Part shown: in pieces, positions 53,429 to 64,000 of the stretch
How positions within the stretch are numbered: position 1 is the first letter of the stretch
Layout: the number at the start of each line of letters is the position of its first letter
Position numbers and translations under genes: made by a program
The notes under the pieces: generated by a model
Told to the model about the DNA's origin: nothing
Databases searched by the model: none
The model's input: only the letters and a program-made list of their open reading frames with translations
Assembly: GCA_964016885.1 (NCBI GenBank)
Contig: OZ024743.1
Location: 202,988,001 to 203,052,000, forward strand
DNA length: 64,000 bases
From: Eledone cirrhosa
Taxonomy: Eukaryota
Reading direction: 5' to 3'

Positions 53429-53934
53429 TCACATACACACACACACACACAGAAAGAAATTTAAGACGCAACTGGAGTCTTTTAAGAATATTTATTTACT
53501 TTACCGGTTTCACAGTTCTTATGATATTCAAAAGTAAAATTGAGATGGGGAGTTTGCGTTTCTGTTGCCTTTCTGTCCTGCCTCTTGTTGGAGTTCGAAA
53601 ATACCTTCTGTTTCATAGAAAAAAGTGGCTGAGATTGCTATTTGTTAAAAATGTAATTTGGTTGATAACAGTCACACGGTTATGTCAGCACGCCGACGTC
53701 AGCCACCCTCACTGAATTAGAACACTCGAATTGTTCTTTTCTCTCATTTTCTGACCATCCTTTCTTAGCGCAAACATTTCTGTGCCTGATCACGTGTTTA
53801 TGATCATCCATTTTTGGCACAATAATTAATATACATAATCACGTCACGGTCACCAACAAATAAAATGGCAAATGGCAATTTTGAGCCACTTTTTCTGGCG
53901 TCAAAATTACTGTACCTAATCACATTACTGTCAG

Positions 53935-54800
53935 AAAGCAACCAAATTACATTTTTAACAAATAGCAATCTGACCCATTTTTTGTCACCTAGATGTGACA
54001 ACAAATGTAGATTCTGTAGAATTAACATCGAAGATGTCACTCAAGTCATAAGTGGTTGTCCAGAATGTCATTAGGGTACTATTTACCTATAAGGTATGAC
54101 GTAGTGCTCAAACACTATACAATGCAATCTGTAGAAAATATAGCCCGACAATAAATATATTAAAAGTTACAGCAATGTGGTAGACATATACATATTTAAT
54201 TTGAAAGGGAACTGGTGGAATATTCCATCGAAATCTCCAATAAAATGCAGGCATATCATACCAGATATAATGATATGGAACAGGGAAGGTCAGCTGCCCA
54301 ACAGATGTCAATATAATATTAAAGATGAGCAAAATGGAAAACATCTTTCCAGAACTAATAAGGAATCTGCAGATTTTCCACCCTGGCTATGCTACAAGAT
54401 TTATAACAGTGCTCATTGGGGGGTCTGGCATATTTTACTAACTTCCTTACTACAAATCTTGAAAAGATGGGCTTCACAAAATCAGAAAGAACAGGACGAA
54501 TTATGAAGTTACAATTACAATCCCTTAATGAAACTATAAACATAAGTAAAACATTTCAAAAATTACATCTAATAACTGCATATATACATGTATAGATACA
54601 AAACATATGCATATGCAAACATATAACTCAAAACCTACAGAACCACGTATACAATAGCATTCATACCTGCACAGACACATACTCAGACATACATTCATAT
54701 TCAACTATTTGATGTTATCTAAATTCCAATGAAAAGTCTTGTGTCTATGTTAGAAACTGGCGCTCTCTCCGTCTCTCTTTCTATTGGTAAATAATTATAA
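53935..54800 (+). mobile_element. 3' fragment of the RLE-type LINE family at 34545-37930
   Basis: PRCDNKCRFCRINIEDVTQVISGCPEC and IPDIMIWNR. The 3'UTR matches the reverse complement of 34550-34790. Confidence 0.8.
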
Positions 54801-55239
54801 AATAATTGTTTCTACTTTTGACACAAGGCCAGCAGTTACCCAGTAAATTCTAAAAGTCTAAAATCTGTCTTAAGCCAGTAGGCTCATTTGACCAGTGCTT
54901 ATCCCAGTCACATGGCGTGAAGCGACTGAGAGGACAAGACTCTCCCCTGGACAGGACGCCAGTCCATCACAGGGTTAAACCTCCAGCTATTGCTGGTACT
55001 CATTTTCAGCTGAGTATACTGGAGCAACGTGAAATGAAGTGTTTTGCTCAAGAACACAACACGCAACCCAGGAATCGAGCCTACGACATTATGATCGCAG
55101 AGTAGCCAAAATCCGAATGGTGAGTAGATCAAGTCAGTCCCATGCCGCTGTTCATAATTACATCTGGAAGTGCTGAACATTTCAGGAGCATTATTTATTT
55201 AGGTTTGAAGGTTCACCACTGGATAGAGCTGGTCATTCC

Positions 55240-55288
<49 letters not shown>

Positions 55289-55293
<5 letters not shown>

Positions 55294-57383
55294 CCGCATA
55301 TCCCGTTTGTCAGCTAATGAGCAGATATTCGATGAACATGCGCCTTATTACAACCAGGCCCTCAAGCGGAGTGGTTGTCCAGCTCCCATTAGCGGAACCA
55401 GCAGGCGATGCCGCTGCTCACGCAATGTAACATGGTTCAATCCTCCCCACAATGCAGAGGTGACAACTCCCATCGGGAAAATATTCTTTAGGCTCATTGA
55501 AAAACACTTCCCACTACAACACCGCTACCACAACATAATTAACAAAAATACCATCCAACTCTCTTACAGCACTACACCAAACTTTGCACAAAACATCGTC
55601 TCCTCCAACAACAAAAAACTCAACCCTGATGGAAGAAATAACCTAAATAGCAGTGAAGAGCCGACCAGGAGGTGCAACTGTCCTATTAGATCCTATTTGC
55701 CCCCTCGACAACAGATGCAGAGACCGTAATGTGATCTACCAGTGCAACGTGAGGACGGACACCTCCAACAAAGCTTATATAGGATTAACCGCATGTGACT
55801 TCAAGACCCGGCTATACCAACACAGACATACCTTCCGAAACCCGGCCCGGCGTCACGCCACTACACTTTCGGGCCACATATGGGACCTCAAGGACAACAA
55901 CATCACCTATGATCTCATCTGGAGATTACTGTCTAGAGCCAACTCTTACACGGGAACGCCGTCCGTGCAATTTATGCTCGGAGGAAACTTTACAAATGCT
56001 GTTTTCGACGGACCAACTCCTAAACAAGAAAGATGAACTGGTTACTGCATGTAAACACCGATTGCATAGGACTTACCTCCCCCTCAAACCCCATAATGAC
56101 CCGGGGGGTAGACTAGGGCTATAACACCCCACTTGCCGATTTTGTAATGGGTAAGCCCTGCTTGCCAAGGGAGACGTAAGATCTTCTTTTATATTCTTTA
56201 ATCGCTTCCTCTATATTTCCTTCTTCCCCCCATCCCTCCCTAGTCCTTCTACCCCACTTCTTTTTCTTTGTCGGCGTCTTTTTCTCGCCCACCCGAGGCA
56301 GCCCCTCGGCCCCTTGTAGCCTCAGTACCCCCACCCCTCCCCTATTCTATGATAGATTTGGTGGACTCCGCTTTTTATAGCAGTTGTGTTAGACCTCGGA
56401 TACTTGCCCCCTTCCCCGACCGCTGCCCCTTTTTTATCCCGTACATTCTATATTTCTTAGTGGCATTTTTGCTTTAATTTCTCGTTTATTCAATATTTGT
56501 TTCTTCTCTTTTCTTTTGGGTGGGGGGGATTCTGAATTAGTTTTCCGTATTTTACTTTTACTTCGTACGAACTTTCATGTAGCTTGTATAAGTACTTTTG
56601 TAGCGTGGCGGTACCCTTAGAGTTAGCATTAGTATATTTTTTTCGGGAGTCTGAATTATTATTTCGTACTAGTTTACTTTTCTGCACTGGGTGGTTGCTG
56701 GCTTTGTGCCTGGGGTAGAAACCTTTATTCATTATTTCCTGGTAGTTTCTTTAGTATTTTGGCCTCCCTTTTGTTGACCCGTCACCGTATGATATACGTA
56801 CGTATACCTCTTAAAAGGGTCCCTTCTTATTCCGCCCCACCTAGTTTATTTATTTTTTTATTTTATTATTTTATTATTTTTTTATTTATTTATTTATTTT
56901 TTTATCTATTTATTTATTTTTTATTTTTTTTATTTAGCCTAGCAATACCGAGAGACTTAGGTCTTAGAAATTGCTTATTTTTTTCTTTACATTTATTCGC
57001 TTTTTATCACTCTCAGTATTTTTTTTATATATTTTTACCCTTCACTGTTCTACTTACCGTTTCGACTTCCTCCCCCCCCTCCCTAGTATCTTCTTTCACC
57101 TCACGCCCAGCTGTAGCCGGCACTACCAACGCATGATTGGGTCTACTCAACCCCCTCCTCTTGTTCTCCTACTGGCAGGTTTAGCTACCCCTTCCCCCAC
57201 TAATTTGCCATCACAGAATTACTACTAACTTGTGACCAATCCTTGTGACAATCACTTTGACCATATATGGAATTACCCCTTGAGGAGCTCGGCTATTTAA
57301 ATACCAGGATAAATTTTCATTTAGTCCAGAATTAGCCGTCGAAACGGCTTGAGCTCAGCCGTCGGGGTCTTACTGGTTCCTAT
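55289..57383 (+). mobile_element. 5'-truncated Penelope-like element: RT thumb/linker, GIY-YIG endonuclease and 3' pLTR
   Basis: RISRLSANEQIF...WFNPP...CNC..CPL..C..NVIYQC...YIGLT...FKTRLYQHR...CNLC. Hammerhead at the 3' end; inserted in (TA)n. Confidence 0.88.
57275..57368 (+). ncRNA. Type I hammerhead ribozyme in the Penelope pLTR (family H), with full helix III and long helix II
   Basis: ACCCC-TTGAGGA-gctCGGCTA...TAGCCGtc-GAAA-CGGCT(TGAGCTC)AGCCG-TC^GGGGT. Core position C3 reads as U. Confidence 0.75.
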
Positions 57384-57466
57384 ATATATATATATATATA
57401 TATATATAGATATATATGGAGGGAGATAGAGAGAGAAAGAGAGAAATATATATAAGTTAATAGATA

Positions 57467-60400
57467 TGTTTCTTTATTAGCCACAGGGTCACAAAAGAGG
57501 GGGACAAATACAAAGGTGGAAGTTTACATACAATAAAAACGTGTAAAATATTAGCACAAATGGAGTTGAAAAGTTAATCGATTTTCCCCAATAGGGGGAG
57601 ACATTTCATATGGGTAACACCTACCCCCGAAAAAATGTGCAACCCTGATCTCCAGGAGTACGAAGAGTTTGTACCCCTTTCCTCTCTTCCTCCTTTCCTC
57701 AACCGACAGGCTGATATAGGGAGAAGGCCCATTCACTCGGGCCATTCTCGCCACTTTCACCCACCTTTCATAAAACTTGCTGGGGTACAGCACCTCTCTC
57801 TCCATCCTGATTCTTCTTCCAAAGTTGTATTTGAAAAAGAGAATCAGTTGTTGGCCGGAGAGAAAGGTGTCTGACCTCAGCCCTTTCAACCTTGTCCACC
57901 ATACAACCTCTTTTGCCATAGCTATCACACAAAGGAAAACCGCCTCTCCTTCGTTTTTGAAGGAGGGTGGCGGTTTGATCATGACAATGGACTGGGTGGT
58001 CAACCGGATTGATCCCACCCGCGACAATAGTCGTTCTACATAGCCCCACAAGTCGGTAACGCCCGGGCAGTGTTTGAATGCATGCGCGACGGTTTCTTCG
58101 TCTCGCACGCATCTCGGAGAGATCTTTTTCGAAGGGTCTCTGCTCGAGCGCCCATGTCTGTAGAGCTTCTCTCGAACTGGTAGAGCTCCTCGGTAGGACT
58201 GCCAGACCAGGGACATTTGGAAGTTGTCCATCGGTCCCGGGCGGAAGGTCCTACCAAACAGACGAGCCAGTTCGTCTTCCTCTACGCCCAGAGTTTCTCC
58301 GAGCGCGTCGTCGCACTTGCTGCGGATCAACCCTCTATAGAATGACGAAGTGGAGTCTCCACTGATCGCCGGGTCCACCTACCAGAGGGCTGTGAGCGCC
58401 TGAGCACATTCGATGTGCCAGTCGCCCATTTTCCTAGGTCTTTGCTTGACCCAGGACTGCAGCTCGGTTAGCGAGACGAGTCGTGGGAAGGCTCGCCTCA
58501 CGAACGGGGCCCACACCGGGTGTCCGGTGAGGAATACGTGGAGATACCCCAGCCTGAGCGCTTGTTTGCGCATCGTCAGCCATGGCATCCCCAGCCCTCC
58601 GTTGGAAGGGTGTTGGCAGCAGATGGATCTTCTCAACAAAGGAGCCTGCTTCTTCCAAAGGAATTGGAAGAGCGCCCGCTCCATTTTGTTGAGCGTTTTG
58701 GCTGGACAAGGCACGACGGTCAAGCGGTAGTAGATGACGGACGCTATGAAAGTGTTCGCCTCCTCCGCTCGACCTTTCAAGGATAGTTTGCACTCGGCCT
58801 TCTTCTGGGTGAGTGCAAACACCTTGGCCGTCACCTCGTTCCAGTTTTTCTCCACCTGGAGGCCCGGGACAAACCCGACACCGAGCAGCTTTATCGGTCC
58901 TTCCGTCCAGCGTCTGACGATGCCATCGCAAGGCATCGGTTTGCTCTCGACGATCCGAGTTGCGAACCGAAGGACGTGTCCCGGTTCAGCTTCGCTCCTG
59001 GGAACCTTTCTTATTCCTTCAGTAGGGTGCCAACTTACTCAATTTGCGATGTGCTCGACACCATTACTGTCACGTCATCATTGTAGACGGACGCCGCTTT
59101 CCGCAGTCCCGGTTCCAGAGGGATGCCCCGCAATAGCTCCAACTTCCTCAGTAATGGCTCGAGAGTTATTCCGTACAGAAGGCAGAAAAGAGGGCATCCC
59201 TGTCGAATGGTTCGCGTGATATGGAACAGCTCCGAGAGGTAGCCGTTCACCTTGACCCTTGAGCAGATGTTGCTGTTGTGCATTGCAGCAATCCAGCCCC
59301 TGAACACGGGTCCGAAGCCTGGCGCCTCGAGCACCGCATCCGGGTACCGATGGTCAACCCTATCGAAAGCCTTAGACTGATCCAAGTTGATCAGGGCCCC
59401 ACTGAAGCCGGGTTTACACCCTACCCTCTCTATGATGTATCACATGAGGTGGAGGTTGTCGTGTATGGACCTGGTCGGGATGGCGCATGTCTGCGCTTCT
59501 CCCACCAGGTTTTCGACGACAAACGCCAGCCTCTTTGCCAACATCTTGCCCAAAGTCTGTAACTGTGTTTAGCAGAGTTATGGGCCGGAAGTTGCCAATG
59601 TCATCCCCCTTATTCTCGTCCGTCCTGACGAGTGTGACTACTCACTGATCACAGAAATCGTACATCTCCCATACTGCTGCCAGTTGCAGTAGACCGCTTC
59701 CAGGAGACCGGAGAACAAGCCCGGCATTGCTACATAAAATTCGTAGTGTAGACTGTCGAGAGCTGGAGATTTGCGTTTGCCGCATTGGCTCAGCGCGTCC
59801 CCTATCTCAGCGGCTGAAATCGGCTTTTCGCAGAACTTCGCCACGCTGTCCGAGAGTCGCGGTAGGCCGTCGAGGTATGGACCAAAATCAATAGCCCCTC
59901 CTGACGCACCGCCCTGCCTGAACAGCTGAGCAAAGTGCCGCTGAAAGGCCGCGCACTCTGCTTCGGCTCACGTATCACGCGTCCGTTTTGGTCCTTCAAA
60001 GACCGAATCGTGGACTTGTTGCCACTTTTTGCCCCCGTCACTCGGGCCCAGCTAACAGCTTTGGCTCCCTCGTTTCCCAGAGCACGTATTTTGCTTCTGA
60101 CAACGCAGCCCTCATGCTTTGCGTCGAAGAACTGGTCCAAGGCCGTTCTCGTTGCTAGCACGCTGGCTACGTTGCCACTTCTAATTGCCTCTTCTACTTT
60201 ATCTATCAGTTCCTTCTCGGTTCTATTTCTATTTAACGCTAATTCTTTACTCAAAACTAACGAGTCTAATCTAACTGCCCCCTTGAGAGAGTACCACCAT
60301 CTGTTGTTGACAATGGCCCCTGTCAAGTATGGTTTAACTAAAGTGCTAATCCGTCTACTGTAGGCTTTGCAGTAGCCGGATCCTTGTCTATGGGTTTTGT

Positions 60401-62892
60401 CAAGGTTGACCATGCAGGTCTCTAATTTGTGATCTGAATAGGCAACCATGAACATTTGTGGACAGCATAACATGTCCCTATCCTTCTTTCTAACTAGAAC
60501 CCTATCTAGGTACGATCTAGATGTTCCGCTATTATTAGTCCACGTCCACAGTGGCACAGTCAGAAAATCTAGTCAATATCTATCGGCCAGGTCAAATCGG
60601 CCGATTAACTGTTTGAGGCTGTTACACCTCCCCCCTTTATCGGGACATGCTCCCACATAGTCCCAACGTGCATCTAGGATTCCATTCCAGTCCCCAACTA
60701 AAAGCAAGAGCGGGACTTTCCCAGAAAAGTCTCTAGACGTTTGAAGAAGTCTGGCCGCGGTGTCACCGATGGGGCATATGCGGCCACCAGCCTGAAGGCT
60801 CAACCTTCATTACCGTCAACGTCTAGGACCACCAGTCGACCCTCGGGGTCCAGACGTATCGTCTATGTTAGGAGGTCCAGGTGTTGCCGCTGCAAAACGA
60901 CAACCCCGCCGCCACCTCCCGACTGACAGAGAGATGCGTAGATCTCAAAGTCGTCGATGATGAGGGCCAGCTGTCGCTCGCTGTGGATCCTGGACTCGCA
61001 AATGGCTGCTAGATCCATACTGTGCGACCTGAGGTCGTTTAAGCGTGTGCCTTGTTTCCAGGGCATCCCCAGGCCGCGTACATTCACACATCCAACTCTT
61101 ATATTGGCCATGTTGGTGCTGAAAAGTTAAAAGAAGAGGAAAAGAAATCACTCACCTCTTCGTCTCCTGGGGACCAGGCTGCACAATGTCCATGGGGGTG
61201 TTGGAGGGGTTGTTTGGTAGGGTGGTGGTGCCTGTGGTGGGGGTGGGAAAATGTTTCAAGAGGACGCGGTTCGTTGGTTTAACACCCATATTCCCCACGT
61301 CCTCAGCAAAGTTTTCCTCTAAGGACTTATAGGTGTCCATAGAGACCCTAATCAACCTTAAATTAATTTTGTCTTTACATTTGGTAAAATATTTTCCTTC
61401 GGTTTCCACGGAAGGGTTTTTGGAGATGACCTCCATCAGTGTTTATGTATGTATAATAATTTTGTTGTGTTGTGTTACTTTTTGTCTGTTGTTCATGTGT
61501 GTGTTTTCGTTTCGTTGTGGGTATTTGTGTTTGGAGTGTTGTTATTGTTTTGTTTTCGGGAGGGGGGATTTTTATTTGTAATGTTTTGTGTTGTTTGTGT
61601 TGGTCGTTATGTGGGACTGTGTTTGAAGTTTGGTTTGTTTTTGTTATTTTTGTGTGTTGTTGTTGTGGTGGTGCTGGTAGTTGTGTTGTTGTGTTAGGTG
61701 AGGGCAGTAGTGCCTTTTTTTAATGCAATTAATTGAGGACAGGAAGCCCTCAGGTTACCACTGCTTAAACACTGGTAACATGAAGGCCGCCTACCCTCAA
61801 CAGAAATGTTTTTGTAGGAATTTCCATTCAGAGGCACACGTTGTGGTATTCTAGCTATCCGTTCTGGTCTCATTTGGACCAGAACTTCTAAGCTTGTCCA
61901 GTTGAATATGCCCCTGGAGGACTTTCCTACCGAAATTACTGTATCTTCATCAAAATTAATGAAACCAGCTAATATCCACCAGTTGTTTACATTTGGTGTG
62001 ATATTTGTTACTCTTATATTGGGGGTTCTTTTTCCCATATATGTGAGGGAAAAGGTGTAAAGGGGGAACATAATTGGCGACACAGAATATTTTTGTGCCG
62101 TCAATTGGTCTTTCATTAGCACTGAAATGCTTCCAAAAAGTTTACCTTTTTGGATGAAGGCAATATCCTTCATTGAATATTTCAGAACCAGTTCAATTTC
62201 GTTTTGAGATAATTGGACTGGTCTTTTAGACACATTTGAAACTGTCCTAAAAATTATTGTTTTTAGGATAGTTTCTCTACGTAACTGTTGAGAAGTGATG
62301 CTGAAAGCACCACTCTCACCAAAAGTTACATACTGCTTTGCATCACTTAACAGCTCCCTAGCTTTGGAAATGTCAAGGTATGTAAACAGTTTCGTCTTTC
62401 GGACGGTTTGTGAAAAGGAAATCTTATCCTTGTTTGTGGAGTTGTTCGTGTTGCTGTTGTTGTTATCATTGTTGCTGTTGTTGTTCTTGTTCTTGTTGTC
62501 ATGGTTGTTGTTGTTGTTATTCTGGTTGGTGTTGTTTACATTTTTCATGTTATTGGTGTTTGTGTTACAATCAACGTTCGACATCGTGTTTTCAAAACTG
62601 ACGACATTTTCGACGTCTTTCAATGAGGTGGTGAGAGGAGGTGACTGCGAGCTTAACACTCATACCGCCTCACCACCACTTGGAGAAAATTTGTTTACAA
62701 TTTTTTTCACCGAAATTTTTTTTCAAACGAAAATTTCACCCCAGGGAGGGATGAAGATGAATTGACCCACCGTCTGAAAGTCCAGGCGTGGGGTCAAGCT
62801 ATAAAATAGTATCAAATTTAAGAATACATTTTTGATTTCTTACTTAGAAAATCAACAAAAACTTACCAGATAACTGGCACACGTCTATCGAG
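57467..62892 (-). mobile_element. Full-length but frameshifted Tx1-clade LINE (copy 2, a different subfamily from copy 1)
   Basis: ORF1 at 61694-62659 (CYQCLSSGNLRASC). ORF2 fragments at 57551-61111 are colinear with 13698-17135. 5'UTR hairpin at 62733-62815. Confidence 0.92.
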
Positions 62893-62911
62893 ATGAGAGA
62901 TGTGATAGATA

Positions 62912-62937
62912 TGTTTCTTTATTAGCCACAGAGGCAC
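62912..62937 (-). mobile_element. Extremely 5'-truncated (~26 bp) Tx1 3' end
   Basis: TGTTTCTTTATTAGCCACAGAGGCAC matches the 3' termini at 57467 and 62966. Confidence 0.65.
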
Positions 62938-62965
62938 GTATGATATGATAGATATATGATAGATA

Positions 62966-64000
62966 TGTTTCTTTATTAGCCACAGGGGCACAACAGAAGG
63001 GGACAAATACAAATGGGGAAGTTTACATACAATAAAAACGTGTAAAATATTATCACAAATGCAATTTAAAAATTAATCGATTTTCCCCAGTAGGGGGAGA
63101 CATTACATATAGGTAACACATACCAGGGAAAAAAAATGTGCAATCCTCATCTCCAGAAGTACGAAGAGTTTGTACCTCTTTCCTCTCCTCTCCTCCTCTT
63201 TTTCCTCAACCTACAGGCTGATATAGAGAGAAGGCCCATTCACTCGGGCCATTCTCGCCACTTTCACCCACCTTTCATATAAAACTTGCTGGGGTACAGC
63301 ACCTCTCTCTCCATCCTGATTCTTCTTCCACAGTGGTATTTGAAAAAAAGAATCAGTTGTTGGCCGGAGAGAAAGGTGTCTGACCTCAGCCCTTTCAACC
63401 TTGTCCACCATACAACCTCTTTCGCCATAGCTATCACACAAAGGAAAACCGCCTCTCCTTCGTTTTTGAAGGAGGGTGGCGGTTTGATCATGACAATGGA
63501 CTGGGTGGTAAACCGGATTGGTTCCACCCGAGACAATAGTCGTTCTACATAGCCCCACAGGTCGGTAGTGTATGAATGCGTACGCGACCTTTCTTCGTCT
63601 CGCACGCACCTCGAACAGATCTATTTTGCAGGGTCCCTGCGGGCGCCCATGTCTGTAGAGCTGGTCTCGAACTGGTAGAGCTCCTCAGTCGCACTGCCAG
63701 GCCAGGGAATTTTGGAAGTTGTCCATGGGTCCCGGGTGGAAGGTTCTACCGAACAGACTGGCCAGTTCGTCTTCCTCTACGCCCAGAGTTTCACCGACCA
63801 CGTCGTCGCACTTGCTGCGGGTCAACCCTCTATAGAATGACGAAGTGGAGTCTCCACTGATCGCCGCGTCCGCTTGCCAGAGGGCTGTGAGCGCCTGAGC
63901 ACATTCGATGTGCCAGTCGCCCATTTTCCTCGGTCTTTGCTTGACTCAGGACTGCAGCTCGGTGAGGAATACGTAGAGATGCCGCAGCCTAAGCGCGTGT
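62966..64000 (-). mobile_element. Tx1-clade LINE copy 3 (3' portion, continues beyond the window)
   Basis: Highly similar to 57467-58560 with small internal deletions. Confidence 0.92.

Overview
Very AT-rich, microsatellite-dense animal DNA. The (TA)n/(CA)n/(GA)n tracts and the tRNA-derived SINE and LINE content suggest a cephalopod such as Octopus (inference). The only host-gene signal is one 138-bp exon of a GABA-B-receptor-like class C GPCR (19648-19785, +), so the window is probably mostly giant introns. These are filled with mobile elements: three L1/Tx1-clade LINEs (one with an open 1145-aa ORF2), CR1/L2-type, RTE and RLE-type LINE relics, a 2.9-kb Helitron, mariner fragments, SINEs and a Penelope GIY-YIG fragment. 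The most striking feature the ORF track misses is a dense set of type I hammerhead-ribozyme motifs: about 17 copies in roughly 9 sequence families, some intact and several degenerate. They sit in short Penelope-type fold-back insertions and in a tandem ~425-bp retrozyme-like repeat. Several have very long or branched helix II insertions or variant cores. The Tx1 elements appear to target an ATAGATA/TATCTAT motif, stack head-to-tail, and share a conserved 5'UTR hairpin. All ribozyme calls come from manual base-pairing; none was tested computationally or experimentally.
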